Source: Phoronis australis (lineage: Eukaryota; Animalia; Phoronida). From it: a stretch of DNA of 64,000 nt. The first letter of the stretch is position 1. Every line of letters begins with the position of its first letter. The notes below the pieces were generated by a model that saw nothing but the letters and a program-made list of their open reading frames with translations, had not been told where the DNA came from and did not search any database. This document shows, piece after piece, positions 35,868 through 50,341 of the stretch. The stretch is from NCBI GenBank assembly GCA_002633005.1, contig NMRA01000040.1:1268604-1332603 (forward strand), read 5' to 3'. Made by a program: the position numbers and the translations under genes.

Positions 35868-38800
35868 AATGTGTATTGCTTGAAACATCTTAATACATTG
35901 CATTCAATGTATTCACAATGAAGTTAATTTCAAAACGTTTGTAAGCCCCAGGAGTAAACTATCCGTGTATTATCATCAGCTGGTTAATCTGCACTGAAAC
36001 AAACTGAGAGGATTCATTAAAACTACTATAAATTTGCGCGACGACGAAAAAAGAACTTCTGATTACGACCCCTTACGGTAGTAAAATTAATCTCAACTTA
36101 TTCCTTACCCAGAGAGGCGAAGTTTGGTCGAGCAAAAATTTTACTGACATTTCGTCACTGCGGCTCGAGGTCAAGCTGGGCAAGTAAACTTACAAGCCGT
36201 GATGAGTTCACTTCTGAACCTACATGTAATCTCAAGCAGTCATCAGCTGTCAGTTCTCTGAAAGCCCAAAAATCATACCTATTTGGACTAAGTAAAAATT
36301 TGAGGCCAATTTCATAACTATTATTAGTCTGAACAAACACTAGTTATATCTGCCGTGTGTTATTTGATACCACGTCACGTGCTAATTTATGCACTTTCAT
36401 TCATTTTTGTTGAATGTAGCGACCTGCCTTAGTTTTATTTCGTAAAGAGAACTCCGCTTGTGACAATAACGCGTTCTCCGTCAGCAAATAAGTGTTACGC
36501 TACATTTCCCGTACGTTTATTTACAGTAGTACTCGAAGGGGTAAATACTACCTACAGTGTCTTAGTTCCTGACAGAAACTCTACCCTTCCGATAACAAAC
36601 CATGGGTGTTTAAAATCAACTTTTCACACTTCGTTGAAGGAGCCGTGTTTATTTCTCAAATAAATCTATAATGGAGCGGCCCCATGCAGCCGCGATACCA
36701 CAACACAATGGGGTATTTACACGCGCGCAGAAATGTAAGTCAATCGCTCCCGCCATGTGTTTTTCCATTGTTTTCTATTGGAATCTGGACGTCCAGTTAT
36801 CCGATAATCCGAAGCATGGGCTGTGTCTTGCAAAGGCGGGATAATAGCAGATATTTGATCAACATCGTGCTTTATAGCGCTGGGAATAAAGCCGGTACAT
36901 TTGGTAATAAAACAATGCTCTGTTTTGCTTTTCAGTAGTCAAACAGAGCGAGAAGATCTATGGATATACCAGAGGCTAGCCTTGGGAAAGTCTCCAAATG
37001 TGACGAAACCAGCGAGATTGACAAATTACTTCAAAGACTTCTGCTGGTGTAAAGGAAGATATTGGCAGAATTGAATAACATCATTTCATTATTTTTGTGT
37101 TTAACTTGCTATTGATTAAAAATGGGTTACAGTTGTATAGAGTGAATAGGCGGTCAGTCACAGGCAGTTAGTGTTCATAAAATCACGAAATCATGATGGA
37201 TGTTGTTTTATAAATTCTGGTCAAAGCTAATAAGGACTTCGAGAAGCCTATCCCATCCAACAATAATAATAACTTCAAGAAACCTATCAGATCTAATTAT
37301 AAACCCAAAAATACGTTTTCCAGCCGTGTACCCCATTACATCCCTTTAAGGCCATGTGCAACTTTACGTCGACAAAACCATGCATTATAAATTAGTAAAA
37401 ATACATCTTCTCTGAAAATAATCTTGTCGTTTAAGTCAATTTTTGCTGCGCAAAAGGTACATCGCATTAATAGCAAAAACAATGGAGGCAGTAACATGAT
37501 CAAGTTTTATTTTACATAAATGTTTAACTTGAAATATAAAAAACGCCATTACAATTTCCTAAAATATTTCGTTTTCGTTTGATGTGAAATCCATACAAGT
37601 CCCAGTTTTTATAAACCCCTCGTGCAAATTGGAACATTTAAAAAAGTGAAAATAGTTTTGACGAACGGTGCATGAAGCCCAGTGTGTGACACGTTGGTGT
37701 GAATCCGCGATCAGGGATATTCTGATTTTAGCTAAATTGTGACTTTTTCGATAATTTTTATGGAGATTTTACTTGTCTACTATTGTAATCACTTGAAAGA
37801 TAATAACACTTCTCAATTCAAAAAGAAAAGCCGCTGACACAGCGTTGAAACGTATGTAACTTGGCCAACGGATATTCAAAGTTTATTCGCAAATTGTTCT
37901 TAAAATTCATGAATATGATGGTGTGGCTAATTCAATGGTGAATTAAAATGGCAAAATGGTAAATTGCGTTCAAAGTAAAAAATTGGTGTAATATACGTTG
38001 AGAGACAAAAGCGACATCATAGCACCAACAAGGCTGCGGACCCCTTTGCTGTTACAAGCTCCGATGTCATTAGGTCTAAATTGGGGATGAGAATCTCCCA
38101 CCCTGACGATCTGAACGCAGCGTCCTCATAGCGATATGTCTTCATTAAACATAATTCATTTCTCACTAGCTGGATTTCTTTTCTTAAATACTTTCTCGCG
38201 AACACATATTTCGCGTTATACATTTTTTCGCTGTTTGAGAAGAGGCCATCATACCTAAGAATCACCTCGTTCACTGTTCAATGGTCACATCTATGTGTTG
38301 TGCGTTAGCGATCAACTCTCGACATTAAAATCTGGATATAACAGCTATGAGTAATAATGTCGATCTAGAAGCAACTGAATTAGAAACATATGTCGGACAG
38401 TACATTCCAAAGGCCAGCGGGTCGTGGAACCTTAATATGCGAATGTATCAAATCTACTACAGGGTGTCAAAAAACAATGCAGCTGTTTGTTTTTTCCTGA
38501 CCAGCCCTCATTTAGCATGTCCCAACCGTTGTTATACATGTAGACGTAATTTTGTTTTCCATGAAAATATCTAAAATGTGTTATCGTCGGTAGATTATGT
38601 TAAAATTTCCAACTCCAGAGGCTAGAGATGGCGCTGTAGTGCCCTCGCTGGGTTTAATTTTACCTTGCAGTGCACGCATCGCCGAGCTTGTCGCTTTTCC
38701 TGCAATCTTTCGAAAAATTCTATGAAGAAAATGAAAGGCTGTGAGTCATTTCACCGCAAAAACGCTACACATGACCACAAAAACTGTATTATGTCTCATA

Positions 38801-41800
38801 TTTAGTCCCGTATTGATTTCCACCGAAAAGGAAATCAAGAACAGAAAAAGTTGGCAAACTTACAAAATTGGCGGGCACTTTTCTAGCCAAGACAACCGCA
38901 TCCCTGCCAATGCTAGACAAGAGCTAAAATTAGATTCTGACAGAATATTTACTACAACGTCCACACTGAGTGTGGTCCAAAATTGGTGTCACCCCATCGG
39001 ATTGGGCTTGAGGGCTCTCTGAGGTGCAACGCAACACTGCTACAGGGAACTGCCAATCTGAAGAAAATGGAATCTACATGTACAACCAAATAGTGGACTT
39101 TTCTGATATTCTGAACATGACTATAAGGACAAGAAACTGACCGGATTCATTGAACCTGCATGCCTCAAAACTACCGCCAAACTTGCCCTACCCCAAGAAT
39201 TTTATGTCTGTGGAGACAGTAATTGGCTCTGGCAACAGTTGAAGTCTACTGCGCCTGCGTGGATAACAGTGCAACATTAACCAACATCAAACCACGACAG
39301 TGACTTCCAGTACTAGAATCATTGGCGTAATAATCGTGCTAGTTAAATTCTCCTATAGTAAGCTGCACTGGTCCTTTCATTCGCCATGATATACTTCGTG
39401 GTGAAAATAGCATTTTGAAAGTTTGAAATTGCTGAATCCTTGCTCGTTGCTGTTGTTGATTGGCTTTGAATTGTTTTTGATTGAAGTTAGGCTCCAGATT
39501 TTGCGAGTTTTCACGAAGTGTTGGTTTTTTCCAAGCACACGCTCGGGTCAGTCCCAACATTTTAGGTTTTTTTTCTGGGGAAACCGAATAAAGTTTCCCG
39601 CGATTATTTTGCAAAGAACAAGGACAACAAGCTTTGAATATTTTTTGTACCTGGATCAAAGACCATGTTTCGTTTCCACGCTTTAATCTGAATTTCAGCC
39701 GTCTTATTCGCAAAATGCAGGCCCACCAGCTTCAACAGTTACTTTGTGTTGTATTAGTTTCCTAGAGAATAGAAACAGTCCGTAATAATCTTACAAAGAC
39801 GTTATCTTTAAAATTTGCGCCTACCGACGGAATGGCGATTCGAATTTGGCGCGATAAAAAACTGCATTTTTAGTGTGTCATTAGTTACCTCCAAACTGGG
39901 TCATTGTTGTTCGTTTTTGATTGGGACCACCTAAATAAATCCTCCAGAATCCATGTGAATTTTTCCGTTGTGAATAATCAGGACTAATTCTTGCTAAAGT
40001 CGAAGCTCGTCATGTAAACAAAGAGCATACATTCGTAAACTATTTACTATTAATGAACTGTGGTTTTTCGCAGCTAGAGCAAGTGAAACAGTCAACAGAC
40101 AGACGTATTTTATAAGTGAACGTTTACCTTCCTAATGATACGCGCATCATTTGTTGCCATGGTGACACGTGCAGCCTAATTGATAAAAGTCCGACCATTT
40201 TTATGAATGAACGTTGACACGTGTGTTAAATGGTCAGAATTTAATCTGTAACCAGTCATCGCAATGAGCGTTTCCATGTGTGCGCAATTCAACTACACGA
40301 TCAAACCATTCTCTTTGGATTTTACGTGTAAAGGAATTTCACTGTAAGTTGTTGCTTTCCAGCGGTCGAGATTAATAAAAGATCCAGTTGTTTTGCTTAC
40401 AGGGACATTGTTGTTTGCACGGCGAAAAACGCATTTTGAGGTTTTTGTCAGCTGGGATAGACTTTTTGAGGTTACAAGCTTTGAACAGAGCTATAAAATA
40501 ACAAAATCCATTGACCTTTCTGATTTTATTGCTAAAATCGCCAATTCCTGCCGTTGCCTACCAGATTTTCGCCAAACTCAAGGCCGGTGGCTTCCTCAAA
40601 ATATTGTCATTTACTGGATGAGATTTACTACCGCTTGCGGAGAGTTAGACTGGGAGCAGTGAACATTTAGCTGTGATGAGGCAGAAAAGTATCCATTCAA
40701 CATAGCAGTTCTATCAACTATAAACCATACTTATTTTTGTTACTACAATTCGTGCCGCCTTATTTCGATCAGAAACACACTGCTTTGAGCCTAAGCTCCA
40801 GACTGCTGTTGTCTTGGTTGGACAATTCTTCTCGACTAAGTTGCTAGATTAAACTATACAAGAGTTTGAGTTGGCTTTCGACCTTGAAATAACCATGTAA
40901 TAGCTCTGTCGACAGACTGGGCTAAGCATTTTCGACAAAAATCAAAACGTTTCGAGAAGCAATCTCCTAAACTGCACTTTGATACGCGAGTGTTCATGCG
41001 ATCCTTCGTTCACAAGAGCATTCGGTACAGATGTCGGTCGCGCGACCCCTGGAGGTCAGTACAAACATCAACTACAAAACACACTAATGCACTCAGTTGC
41101 CGGTGTCATGTAACAGTGGGTCGCTGTGACGACCCGGTGGCTCACATCCGTATAATGTAATGATTGCGCAATCAATTAGACTAACACCATAAGTCAATAT
41201 TGTCTTTCATGAACGGATGGTGCTGGGACCGATATAACAGTGTTCGCCGAAAGCGGTTCACGTGTGGTTGTCTGGCCTTGTCCACGTCCACTACACGTGT
41301 TGGCAGTAGTTTTATCTTTTGCTGTAAAAGATTTCCATTTCATACACGCATTTCTACTCCACAAAAGTTACGCGCGCCTGTTCGTTTTCCAGGTGCTAAC
41401 ATGTACTTACACCGTCTGACAATGTTTACATGGTTTTACCAACTTTACACAATTTCAAGCATTAATTAATTATTAAAAAATCTTAGCGTGTAATAGTGTT
41501 TTTTCTCAGTTCTCCCGTGGCCGCTAAGTTTTGGTCATTTTGCCCAAGGAACCAATAAATATAGCTAAACCTCTTCTCATAAACGGTCAACATTCGCTGC
41601 AGAATGGAAACTCCAGGCTTTGATCGATATTGCAATTTGGTTTCGTTTTACCTTCAAATATATACACTTAAGTGATCACCGGTACCTCTTTACACCATTT
41701 AAATAATGCTAGCGGATGTCCGTGTCTTTGTTTTAAACAATACAGCGTATTCCAAAGCGTTTGTAGCTAGACATTACTGACATTTTTTCGTAGCTTCTCT

Positions 41801-44800
41801 AATATCCGTCCATTTGTAGATATATCGTTTTATGCAAAATATCGCAAGATGGTTAACAAACCCTTTCAAATCAAAATGCTGTGTTTGTAAACGTTATCAT
41901 GTCATCGGCAAACTAGAGACACACTAATACGCTCGGCCTGAGAATAGGATCTGATTTCCGAATCTGGAGTAAACTGAGAGATGAAACCCCGGGCCTGGTA
42001 TGAGCTAACGTGCTTATAACTCACGCTAATAAACCCTTGATAAACAAAGAAAATAAAAATGGGGACAGTCGACACCTTTGAGGCACTTCTAATCAACAAT
42101 CAAAATACTGACCACTGTCGTTCAATAAACGCACAATGATTTAACGCAGATATACATTTCTTTTCCAGCAATCTTCAGTTATAGTGCAGACGCCAATTCC
42201 CCAAACCCAATCGATGGCTTGCAAGAAATCAACGAAGAGCCAGGGCAACTTGCCATTGTCTCAGAAAACTGTAACACAGATGTATGTGCGTGACTAACAG
42301 GTATGTGATCTGGCAATGCGTTTTGATATTTGTTTTTTTTTTTTACCTTTACTGCTGGGCAAGGAAATGAAAAAGTATAGTTCGAACTATGAAATGACCA
42401 ATTCGGCACTAAAACGAAGTGATAAACTTGTTGCAAATAATAAAAACTTATAATCAAATGTTGTTTCAGGGTGTCTACACAGGCCAAGATAATAATAGAA
42501 AAACATATTTTTAATATTTATTTTTCCTGAGAATTCGAACATAAAAAATCACTTGGCAGCCGTATTGTGTGTGCTTAGCAGGTGACGAATTGCCGTGTGT
42601 TTGCCGTAGCGCATCTGACGGTTATCCCCGTCTTTCAGTTGACGTCTCTTTGTTAATAACATTCTAAGTATTCCTCATTCCATGCAGTTCGAAGATGAAA
42701 TTGAGAAACACCGGCGGTTGGCATGACTGGCGTGCTCTTGTCGTGGCTTCAAGGCCCTGAAATTATCGAAAAAGTATCATCGGTTGGCAAGAAGCGTAAT
42801 TAATGAAACAACCATCAATAATAATTGAATAAAATACCAGGAAGCTTGCTGTGACAATACAGGTAAATTCGCAGGGCTTAATTAGGTGACGGAATCATAT
42901 TACAAAACATACGCGAGAAAGCATAATTAACAAATTCATAAAGGAAAATTCTTGCAAAAAGGTGTTAATTGTAGTTTAATTCCTATTTGCTTAGTAATTT
43001 GAAGACGTTCTTTCCTATATTTTTACAAATTTGTAACATAAAGAGTTTCATCAATCGAAACACGTCGGTAAAATAAAGTCATTGCCGCTCGGTGGGACGT
43101 CATTTTAGTGGGGCACCACAAGAAATTCAAAAAATATTTTTAAATTTCGAGCTGTTGAAATAACATCATTTGAAAATAGTTGACCTGACATTTAAGGACT
43201 CTGTCTTTATCTGAGTACTTTGCGAACGCGTCGCCCTCTCTCAATAACTTTTTACACTTGCGACATTTAGCGAGCTGGCTAGGTATGGCATTTGCCCCAT
43301 TTTGATTTAAAAATGGGTGACAAACTCGTTCTTTCCGGCGTTTACTCCTTGAAAAGAAAATCTGTCAGTGCCAAGTCTCAGTGATATATGACACGACAAA
43401 TGATTAACATGGATGCTTCATGAAAATAATAAATTTAAATCTTGAGTTCATATTGCATGTTTGAGACAGCTTAACTCAGTTCAGTTTATCTCCGGAGTCG
43501 TTCATCCCGTCGCATTGGCTCACATAACGTCGCGAGTTATTCATGGACTGGGTCGCGTTTGCGGATATCACGTGCGCACGTGCGTGAAATGTGAGATAAA
43601 ACGCGAAATAACACAGAGCACGTGTGAGGTCCTTTTGTGGTCCTCTTTTTAGTCAACGTGGTTGTAAAGTGGCATTTTGTAGTAAGCAAGGAATTTTGTT
43701 TCCAACGATGACAAGGATTGCGATAAAGTTGGAGGGGGTATTATTCCAAGTTACTTTGGAAAACCTGCGTAGATGGATTGTATACGTGTCTCAGACAATT
43801 CGAAGCGAGTCTTAAACCTTGTTGCGAAAGAGTACATCCCTGCTAGGCATTTTACATGCCGATATTATTTCGGGCTTCCCAGTCTATTGTCAGAAAGCGA
43901 AAAGACTGTTTCGAATTTGTACCTCCCAAATCGAATAATGCGTTTGCTATTCTACCACGAGCGTCCTGTATACGACTACGTAGTGTTGGGGCGGGCAGCT
44001 GTTGTGTGCACGTGGTTTAAATTCTGCCCGATTTTATACCGATTTAAATTTTGTTGAAAAAGTCTGGTCTCCATTTCTAGCAATGTAACGAACGTATTTA
44101 CGTTACCCAGTTTTGATGTAACCGTAGTATACAGATAATGCGAAACAGACGGATAACCGCGATGCGAGAAATTACTCCGCCCCAAAACAGTGTGAATTTT
44201 ATCTGTTCCATTCAGGCGGACTATTTTGTATTCGACCAAGCGTAATTACGGACTAATGCGTAGCAGGCAGACCATGAGACATTGCTTTGCTTTAACACAA
44301 AATTTAGATTTACCACGTTCCAGAAATTTTCTCCAAATAAACGAAAAACGATGACATTAAATAATTTCTTGATGGATACAACGATCGGGTCTCCCTCAAA
44401 TGTTCACAGCTCGCAGCGTTACATGTGAGGGAAAACAGGGGTGGCCCGCTATCCTCCATGCGCGAACAAAAACTCAAATGCACGACGCTTTTAAAGGCAC
44501 TGCGAAGACTTTTCTTTTGAAAATTATTGTCACCCTAAAATTCCCCTCTTCATCGTTAACATGGAAGTTTCATTATCAATTTGATGAACAGCAAAACAAC
44601 AGTCTGAGAAAATATCGGTGTTACAAATTTACGAACATTTGATTTTATTATCATTTGTAATTTCAAGAAGTGCTACATTACTAACTACTGTACAGTAATA
44701 TAAACTGTCATTTGTGAGCATGGCACGGGCCAAGTTGTTTGAATTTACAACGTGAAACATACAATACTGACGTGTGTCTACTACTTAACAAATCTGATTA

Positions 44801-47745
44801 CAGCTGCTCCTTTTTACTGTGAGTCTCACTCGCCTCCAAACAGCCGCTGACTGAGTGTTATCAAAAAGAAAATTCGTTCGACTCATTGGGGCTGCAGCCA
44901 TACGTGTTTTTAAAAAGACACTGAACCGTTTCGCGTCGCTGAAAGACTTTATAAAACGAATTTTCACGTCAACCAAATCCGTCTAATCACTTTCCCATAC
45001 AATACCCCGTCAAAATGACGTCATTTTTTTATATGATATATTTAAACTTTTACTGAATACAAATTACCAGTTTCTGCCGTTGACACAACCTAATGGCCAA
45101 CACAGCTAACTGGACATCTCTACTGAACGTCGTTTTTGTAACAACACAAATACACACATGATTGTAATTTTCGAAGTGTTCCTTTTTTTTAGTAATATCT
45201 TTCGGTTGCTACGATTCTGCGTATGCAAAAATCCAGTAAAAGTGTAGTTTTGGCGAGAGTATGTTTAACTAGCGTTGTCGGCGCACTGTTCTGTCATTTC
45301 CGAACGTTTAGATCTAGGCGTGTAAACGTATGTTTACACTAGCTCATCTGCCCATATGTAATAATATTTAGACAGAATCATTCCGCCCCTAACGTGTTTG
45401 CTTTACTGTACCGGGATCCGTCGATTTTCGGCCACCGATTAAGTGCACGGCGGATAAAATGAACTTGCCAAGTTGAATTTTAACTCTTAAAGGTTATTCA
45501 GGTTCTACCGAGAAAATGTCTTAAAATGCCAAGTATGAAGGTTTCATGAAATCATTTCTTCTAGTCCAAAGTGAGCGCTGTTTTTGCATAACCTACATTT
45601 TAGCTTATTTTCTTAGTTATTGTTAACTTTCCTTTTCATTCCCTTCTAAGTTTTCACCACAACTTCGACGACACGATCGTCTCACATCGACATCGAAACT
45701 GACTTTTTGCTTAAGGTCAGAAAATTTGAACTTGCGAAAGCCAAGTAAGATAGTCGTGATCACGCTTGTGCGAATTTTAAAAGAAGCTCATTTTGCGCTT
45801 TTATGATTGGAAACTTGAATTTTCTTCGTCGTGTAGACTTACCCACGGGGAAACTAGGTCGCAAACTTGTCGCATAGATATCGATAGATAGCCGCATCCA
45901 TTGTTCACTTTGTTTTTCTTTCTTATAATAATGATAACGGTGAGCAATTATCGACGATGTGCGTCTAAGGTACGATATCCGTGCTACCTGTATCGTTATA
46001 TCCAACAAAGACTAATTAAAACTCGGGTAAATTCACGTGACTCATCAACCAAAGGAAACAATACGTGGGGATTTTACTTCCCAATATTTTAAATCGCTAA
46101 CACAACAGATACGAAAATATGATGCCAAAATGCAAATTATTATTCCAGTCTGACTACTTGGATGTTCGTGAGCACGCAAACAACATCCCGGCTTGTTGAG
46201 TTAAGATCGACGGAGAACAACACTTCCCGCTGTCATCGTCAACACGTTTTCCACAAGCGAATATGACGTTACCCAGGTTGTGGCCGGAGCCGCGCGCGCA
46301 CGTGTGTCGGACTTTGGCTTTTTCTGAACAATATTCGGTCGGACGTGTTGACAGTACGCGGCCAGGTTTACGGTGTATTATTTCAACGAACACATATAAA
46401 CGTTCAAGCGAATTATAAGTAAATAAGTTTGAGATCTGTATGAGTAATTAGAGAGTAGACGTCCCGCTGGCCTTCGGTTTGGGAACAACCTCGGAGGCCT
46501 GAGAAAGATGTCGTATTGAGAGCTGAAATCTCAGTCAGGGTTACTCCACATGTACCTCTCTGTTTTGTAGTCTTTGTTTACATACTTTAAGAGAGTGGTG
46601 ACAGAAAAATCGAAGACGTCCGAGAGGGAAATCGGGTGACAGTAGCCTACAAGGAAACAAATCCAAATGTTTGTTTCCGTATCTCGCCAATTATAGGCGA
46701 TTCTTACCATTTTAGTTAGCTACTGTACTGGCGAGGCTAAGAAATCTATAAACTATTACACTTGTTGCTAAGCTATTCATCAACACTGCAGTAACATGGA
46801 TTCCGAGAATAAACAAGCCCATCACTGAAGTTAGCCTATGAAAACAACGCCAGTGTGGTCAAATCCAGTGACTTGGGCTCTAGTGCCACCCATATAGGTT
46901 TCCAGCTTATAAAGTTTATTTTGAAGACGCGCTTTCTCTATCGAATAATCCTTTTAAATCCGACACGCTGTGTCGCCTGTTTTGAGTCGTCTTAACCCTG
47001 GGTAAAGTTCGTAAGTCACAACAGTGTGGACATTTCAGGAAATGGTTTTATTCGAATTAAAATGAAAATTCATTTAACGATTGTGAAGTGTATTAAAACT
47101 GGTACGATTTCAATGGCTATTTTAGCGGAACACGCGTTAATGTGGGTCGACTTCTTATTAAGACAAATGGAAATAGAATGAGATTGAATCCCACAAGCAG
47201 AACAGCCGTCAGAAATTGACAAACACAAATATTTAGTTTATGGTAAGTGTTTGAGGCATTGTACTGGGCGGCGTTGCGCAGAGAAAGTTTTTTGCAAAGA
47301 CGACGGGAGCACGTACAGTAAGTTTCCGTGAAGTATCAAAATGCGTTACAAGCGAAGTTAGTGATCACACAAGCTTTACTCGTGAGTGCCTTGCGTCGAG
47401 AGAACCCACTTGTGATCTGCGGGCTCGCACTTCTCTGGACTCAAATTCAAATCCTGGATCGCTCCTTGTAACCGGATTGTGCAATAGGGAGTCAGTAGAC
47501 CCTCGTGGTATAGCAATGTTCAATCTTCATGAGGCTATCCTCGTTACCAATAAAAAGAGTTTTGATAATCCTGCAAGATTGTACCTGGCGTGTCCATGTA
47601 TTTGACAATACCTCACCACTTAGAACGAATTAGCACACATGTACGCGAGAAAATCAATAATTTTGACTAAAAGTCTTTGCGCGATCATCCTCAGGTCCCA
47701 AAATCAGCATGAATTTCGAAATGGGGTGAAAACTAAAGCTGAGAC

Positions 47746-47886
47746 GAGTGGCGGATCTAGGATACGATAGGGGGGCAACACTTTGTCTCGGGCAATCCCG
47801 TAAAGCACGACTGCATGAGCGCACACAACCTGACATGAAGGAGGGCTTGGACTTCTAAGAATGTGGACCTCCTAAATCCGCCTATG
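47746..47886 (+). mobile_element. Family A element, internally deleted, 5-bp TSD
   Basis: GAGTGGCGGATCTAGG ... CCTAAATCCGCCTATG. GAGAC is duplicated at 47741-47745 and 47887-47891. Confidence 0.8.
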
Positions 47887-48170
47887 GAGACGGATAGGAC
47901 ACCAGCTTAAAGCACTCTAGAGACTTCACTTCAGACCTTGTCTCTGCTCTTTTTGAGAGACACGAAAGCAAACGCTGGGTTAGGTTGTACTTAAAACCGG
48001 CGGAGTGTCGTCAATCAAAAGGTATGATCCCTAATGTCAGGAAGTCATAATGCCTTCCTGCTAATATGGATAAAGTCGTGTAATTTTAATTACAGCATTT
48101 AAGGTCTGAATCACCTGTTCAAGTTTATGTGCTCCTCCAAAGGTGAAAAAGTGGGATGGGCCAGGTTTGA

Positions 48171-48285
48171 CCAGGGCAGCGCTCCATAGGTGACTGGGGA
48201 GGGAGCTATAGCCCACTGCTTATTTCAGTGAGATTGGGGCGCTCAATTGCCCCTTTTCCCTTATTTCAGTGCAGCGCCGCCTGTG
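48171..48285 (-). mobile_element. Family B MITE, second copy
   Basis: The reverse complement CACAGGCGGCGCTGCACT...GTGGGCTATAG..CCCCCAG..CCTATG..GCGCTGCCCTGG aligns with 10342-10410. Flanks TTTGA and TTTGC form an imperfect 5-bp TSD. Confidence 0.7.
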
Positions 48286-50184
48286 TTTGCTGGCAATTAC
48301 GAGAGCTAAACGATGAGAGATTGTCGGGAATTGTTTTCGATAGTTCGTTTCTTTGAAGTTATTTTGAGTAGGAAATTCCTTCTTTCTATTTAACGCGGAT
48401 GTGCCAGACCCGCCATTTTGTTGAGACCAAATTTCTGTTGCAAATATGTGTACTCTTCCGAAAATTGGAAAATGGAAAAATTTGATTTGTGTGAACAATT
48501 TCTGGAGCGTGGAGTTTGAAATATCGTCTCCACTCTCGGATTAGGGCAGTCGTGATTTTTTTGATTTTGGACACAAAAATGTCAGTTTCGCATTTTTGGC
48601 ATCTGAAATTTCATTTCCGATGGAAATACCGCGTTTACTTTGTGCAAAAAATGCCACTCGAGCTGTGGTTTAATGAATCTGGTAATGTCTTTTTGAAAAA
48701 TTAAAGTTTGAAAATATTTAAAAATCCCTTTCCTCTGAAAAATCTCATACCTCTACATCAAAATCCAGATTTGGTTGGTTTAGATACATCAAACTGGATT
48801 CAACGTTTTCCTAGCCGAGATAGTATTTGCCATCAGTTTGAGGTCTGATTTCATACGGGATTGGGTATGAAGCAGTCCTATCAATGAAAGTTAAATTAAG
48901 TTCGTTAAAAGAATAATAGTAATGTAACGTTTCATGCTGTTTGCTCTCCCGTGCCTTGCAAGGTTTGTTTCCGTATCGAAGAAATATTTTTTCGGACATA
49001 ATCTAGAAAAATGACTGGTAGATTAATGGGGGTGTTGTTTGTGTTTAATGTCGTAAGAAAATTCCCTTTATCTGAAATCGAACGATAAGATTATATTTAA
49101 TGGGAAATTAAGCTTTAACTCACAGCGACACTGTCACATGGCCGGCTGTTCTTGATTGCTGATTAGTAGTCTGTTGCGGTCACAATAGCGCCGCCTATAT
49201 TTCCAAATAAATCAAGACTTAATGCGTAGCCACAGTAAAGACACTCATAGAAACCAACGTTAAGGAACTGCAGAACTCTTCATACGCTTAAAGTTTCAAC
49301 TCATAACTTCACAAGATTAAGGAGGCGAAGAATCCTGAGATTGTTTGAGCAATTATTCAACATTTGGTACTGTTGTGTAACAATAGCGACGCTTAGATTG
49401 TTTTCTTTTTAACTTTCCGTCGCATTTAATCAATTTTATAGAAAAGTGTTTGCCCTGGAGACATTTCCTGTTACAAGCGCAGTTTTCGGAGTAACGTCCA
49501 CAGGCGATGTATGGGCCAGTCGCGTGTCGAAATCGGATCCACCGTGTATCGGTTCGATAAAATCAGCTGTTGCCACGCACTGTTTAGCGATAAAAAACCG
49601 TTTTATTGTCACTCGAGCGTAACTCGCGCCTGCTGTATTGCCGTGTATCAGGAAGTGTTTAATGTGTGGAACACATGTGCGCTATGATCTTCTTTTACTG
49701 TCAGCTGTAACCTCCTGTTTCGACGGATTGTTTGCTGTTCGAGCCAGCCTTGGCTACGCTCGCTAATTTCCGACATCATCGCAGCTGATTGGAAGAAACG
49801 AGGTCTCGTTCGGCGGTCATGTTCTCTGCAGTGTATTTTTGCACTGTATACGTCATAATTTACTCCTACTCTATAATAGTCTTTGTTGAATGTTCGGGAG
49901 ATCAACCGTGGCTGCTTGCTGTATTAAGCGCTAATTGAAGCGCCCACCAAGCGCCACAGCGGCTACAAGTCGAGTCATGGACGCCTAAAATACATATAGA
50001 TTCACAGTTTTAAAATGCTGAATGCCTAACGACTAGTTTAAAAGCTGTACGCAATCGTTTGAGTATTTTTTATATAAAATGTCGTAAAACTGGTCGTGTG
50101 GCAGGCATGCTATTGCAAATGTGAGAGCAAAACGTTTCAACTGACGCTCTGTTGATTTTTTAATATTCACATTAAGTGGCCTTT

Positions 50185-50341
50185 CAGAGGCGGATCCAGG
50201 ATTGTGAGTTAGGGGGTCAGGGCAGAGTACTAGCCAAGATTTTGAGACATTCCCACCCCGAACTGCCAAGTGAAATATGGGAGAATTTTAGGGGGGGGGG
50301 GTTGACCACCTTGTCCCCACCCCTCTCTAAGTCCTCCACTG
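50185..50341 (+). mobile_element. Degenerate MITE with family A-like termini
   Basis: CAGAGGCGGATCCAGG ... CTAAGTCCTCCACTG with a G-run interior. No clean TSD. Confidence 0.6.

Noticed and set aside
18849-38480. Tc1/mariner-like TACAGGG termini near 18850 and 38458
   Set aside because: I found no matching opposite TIR for either, so no element could be delimited.
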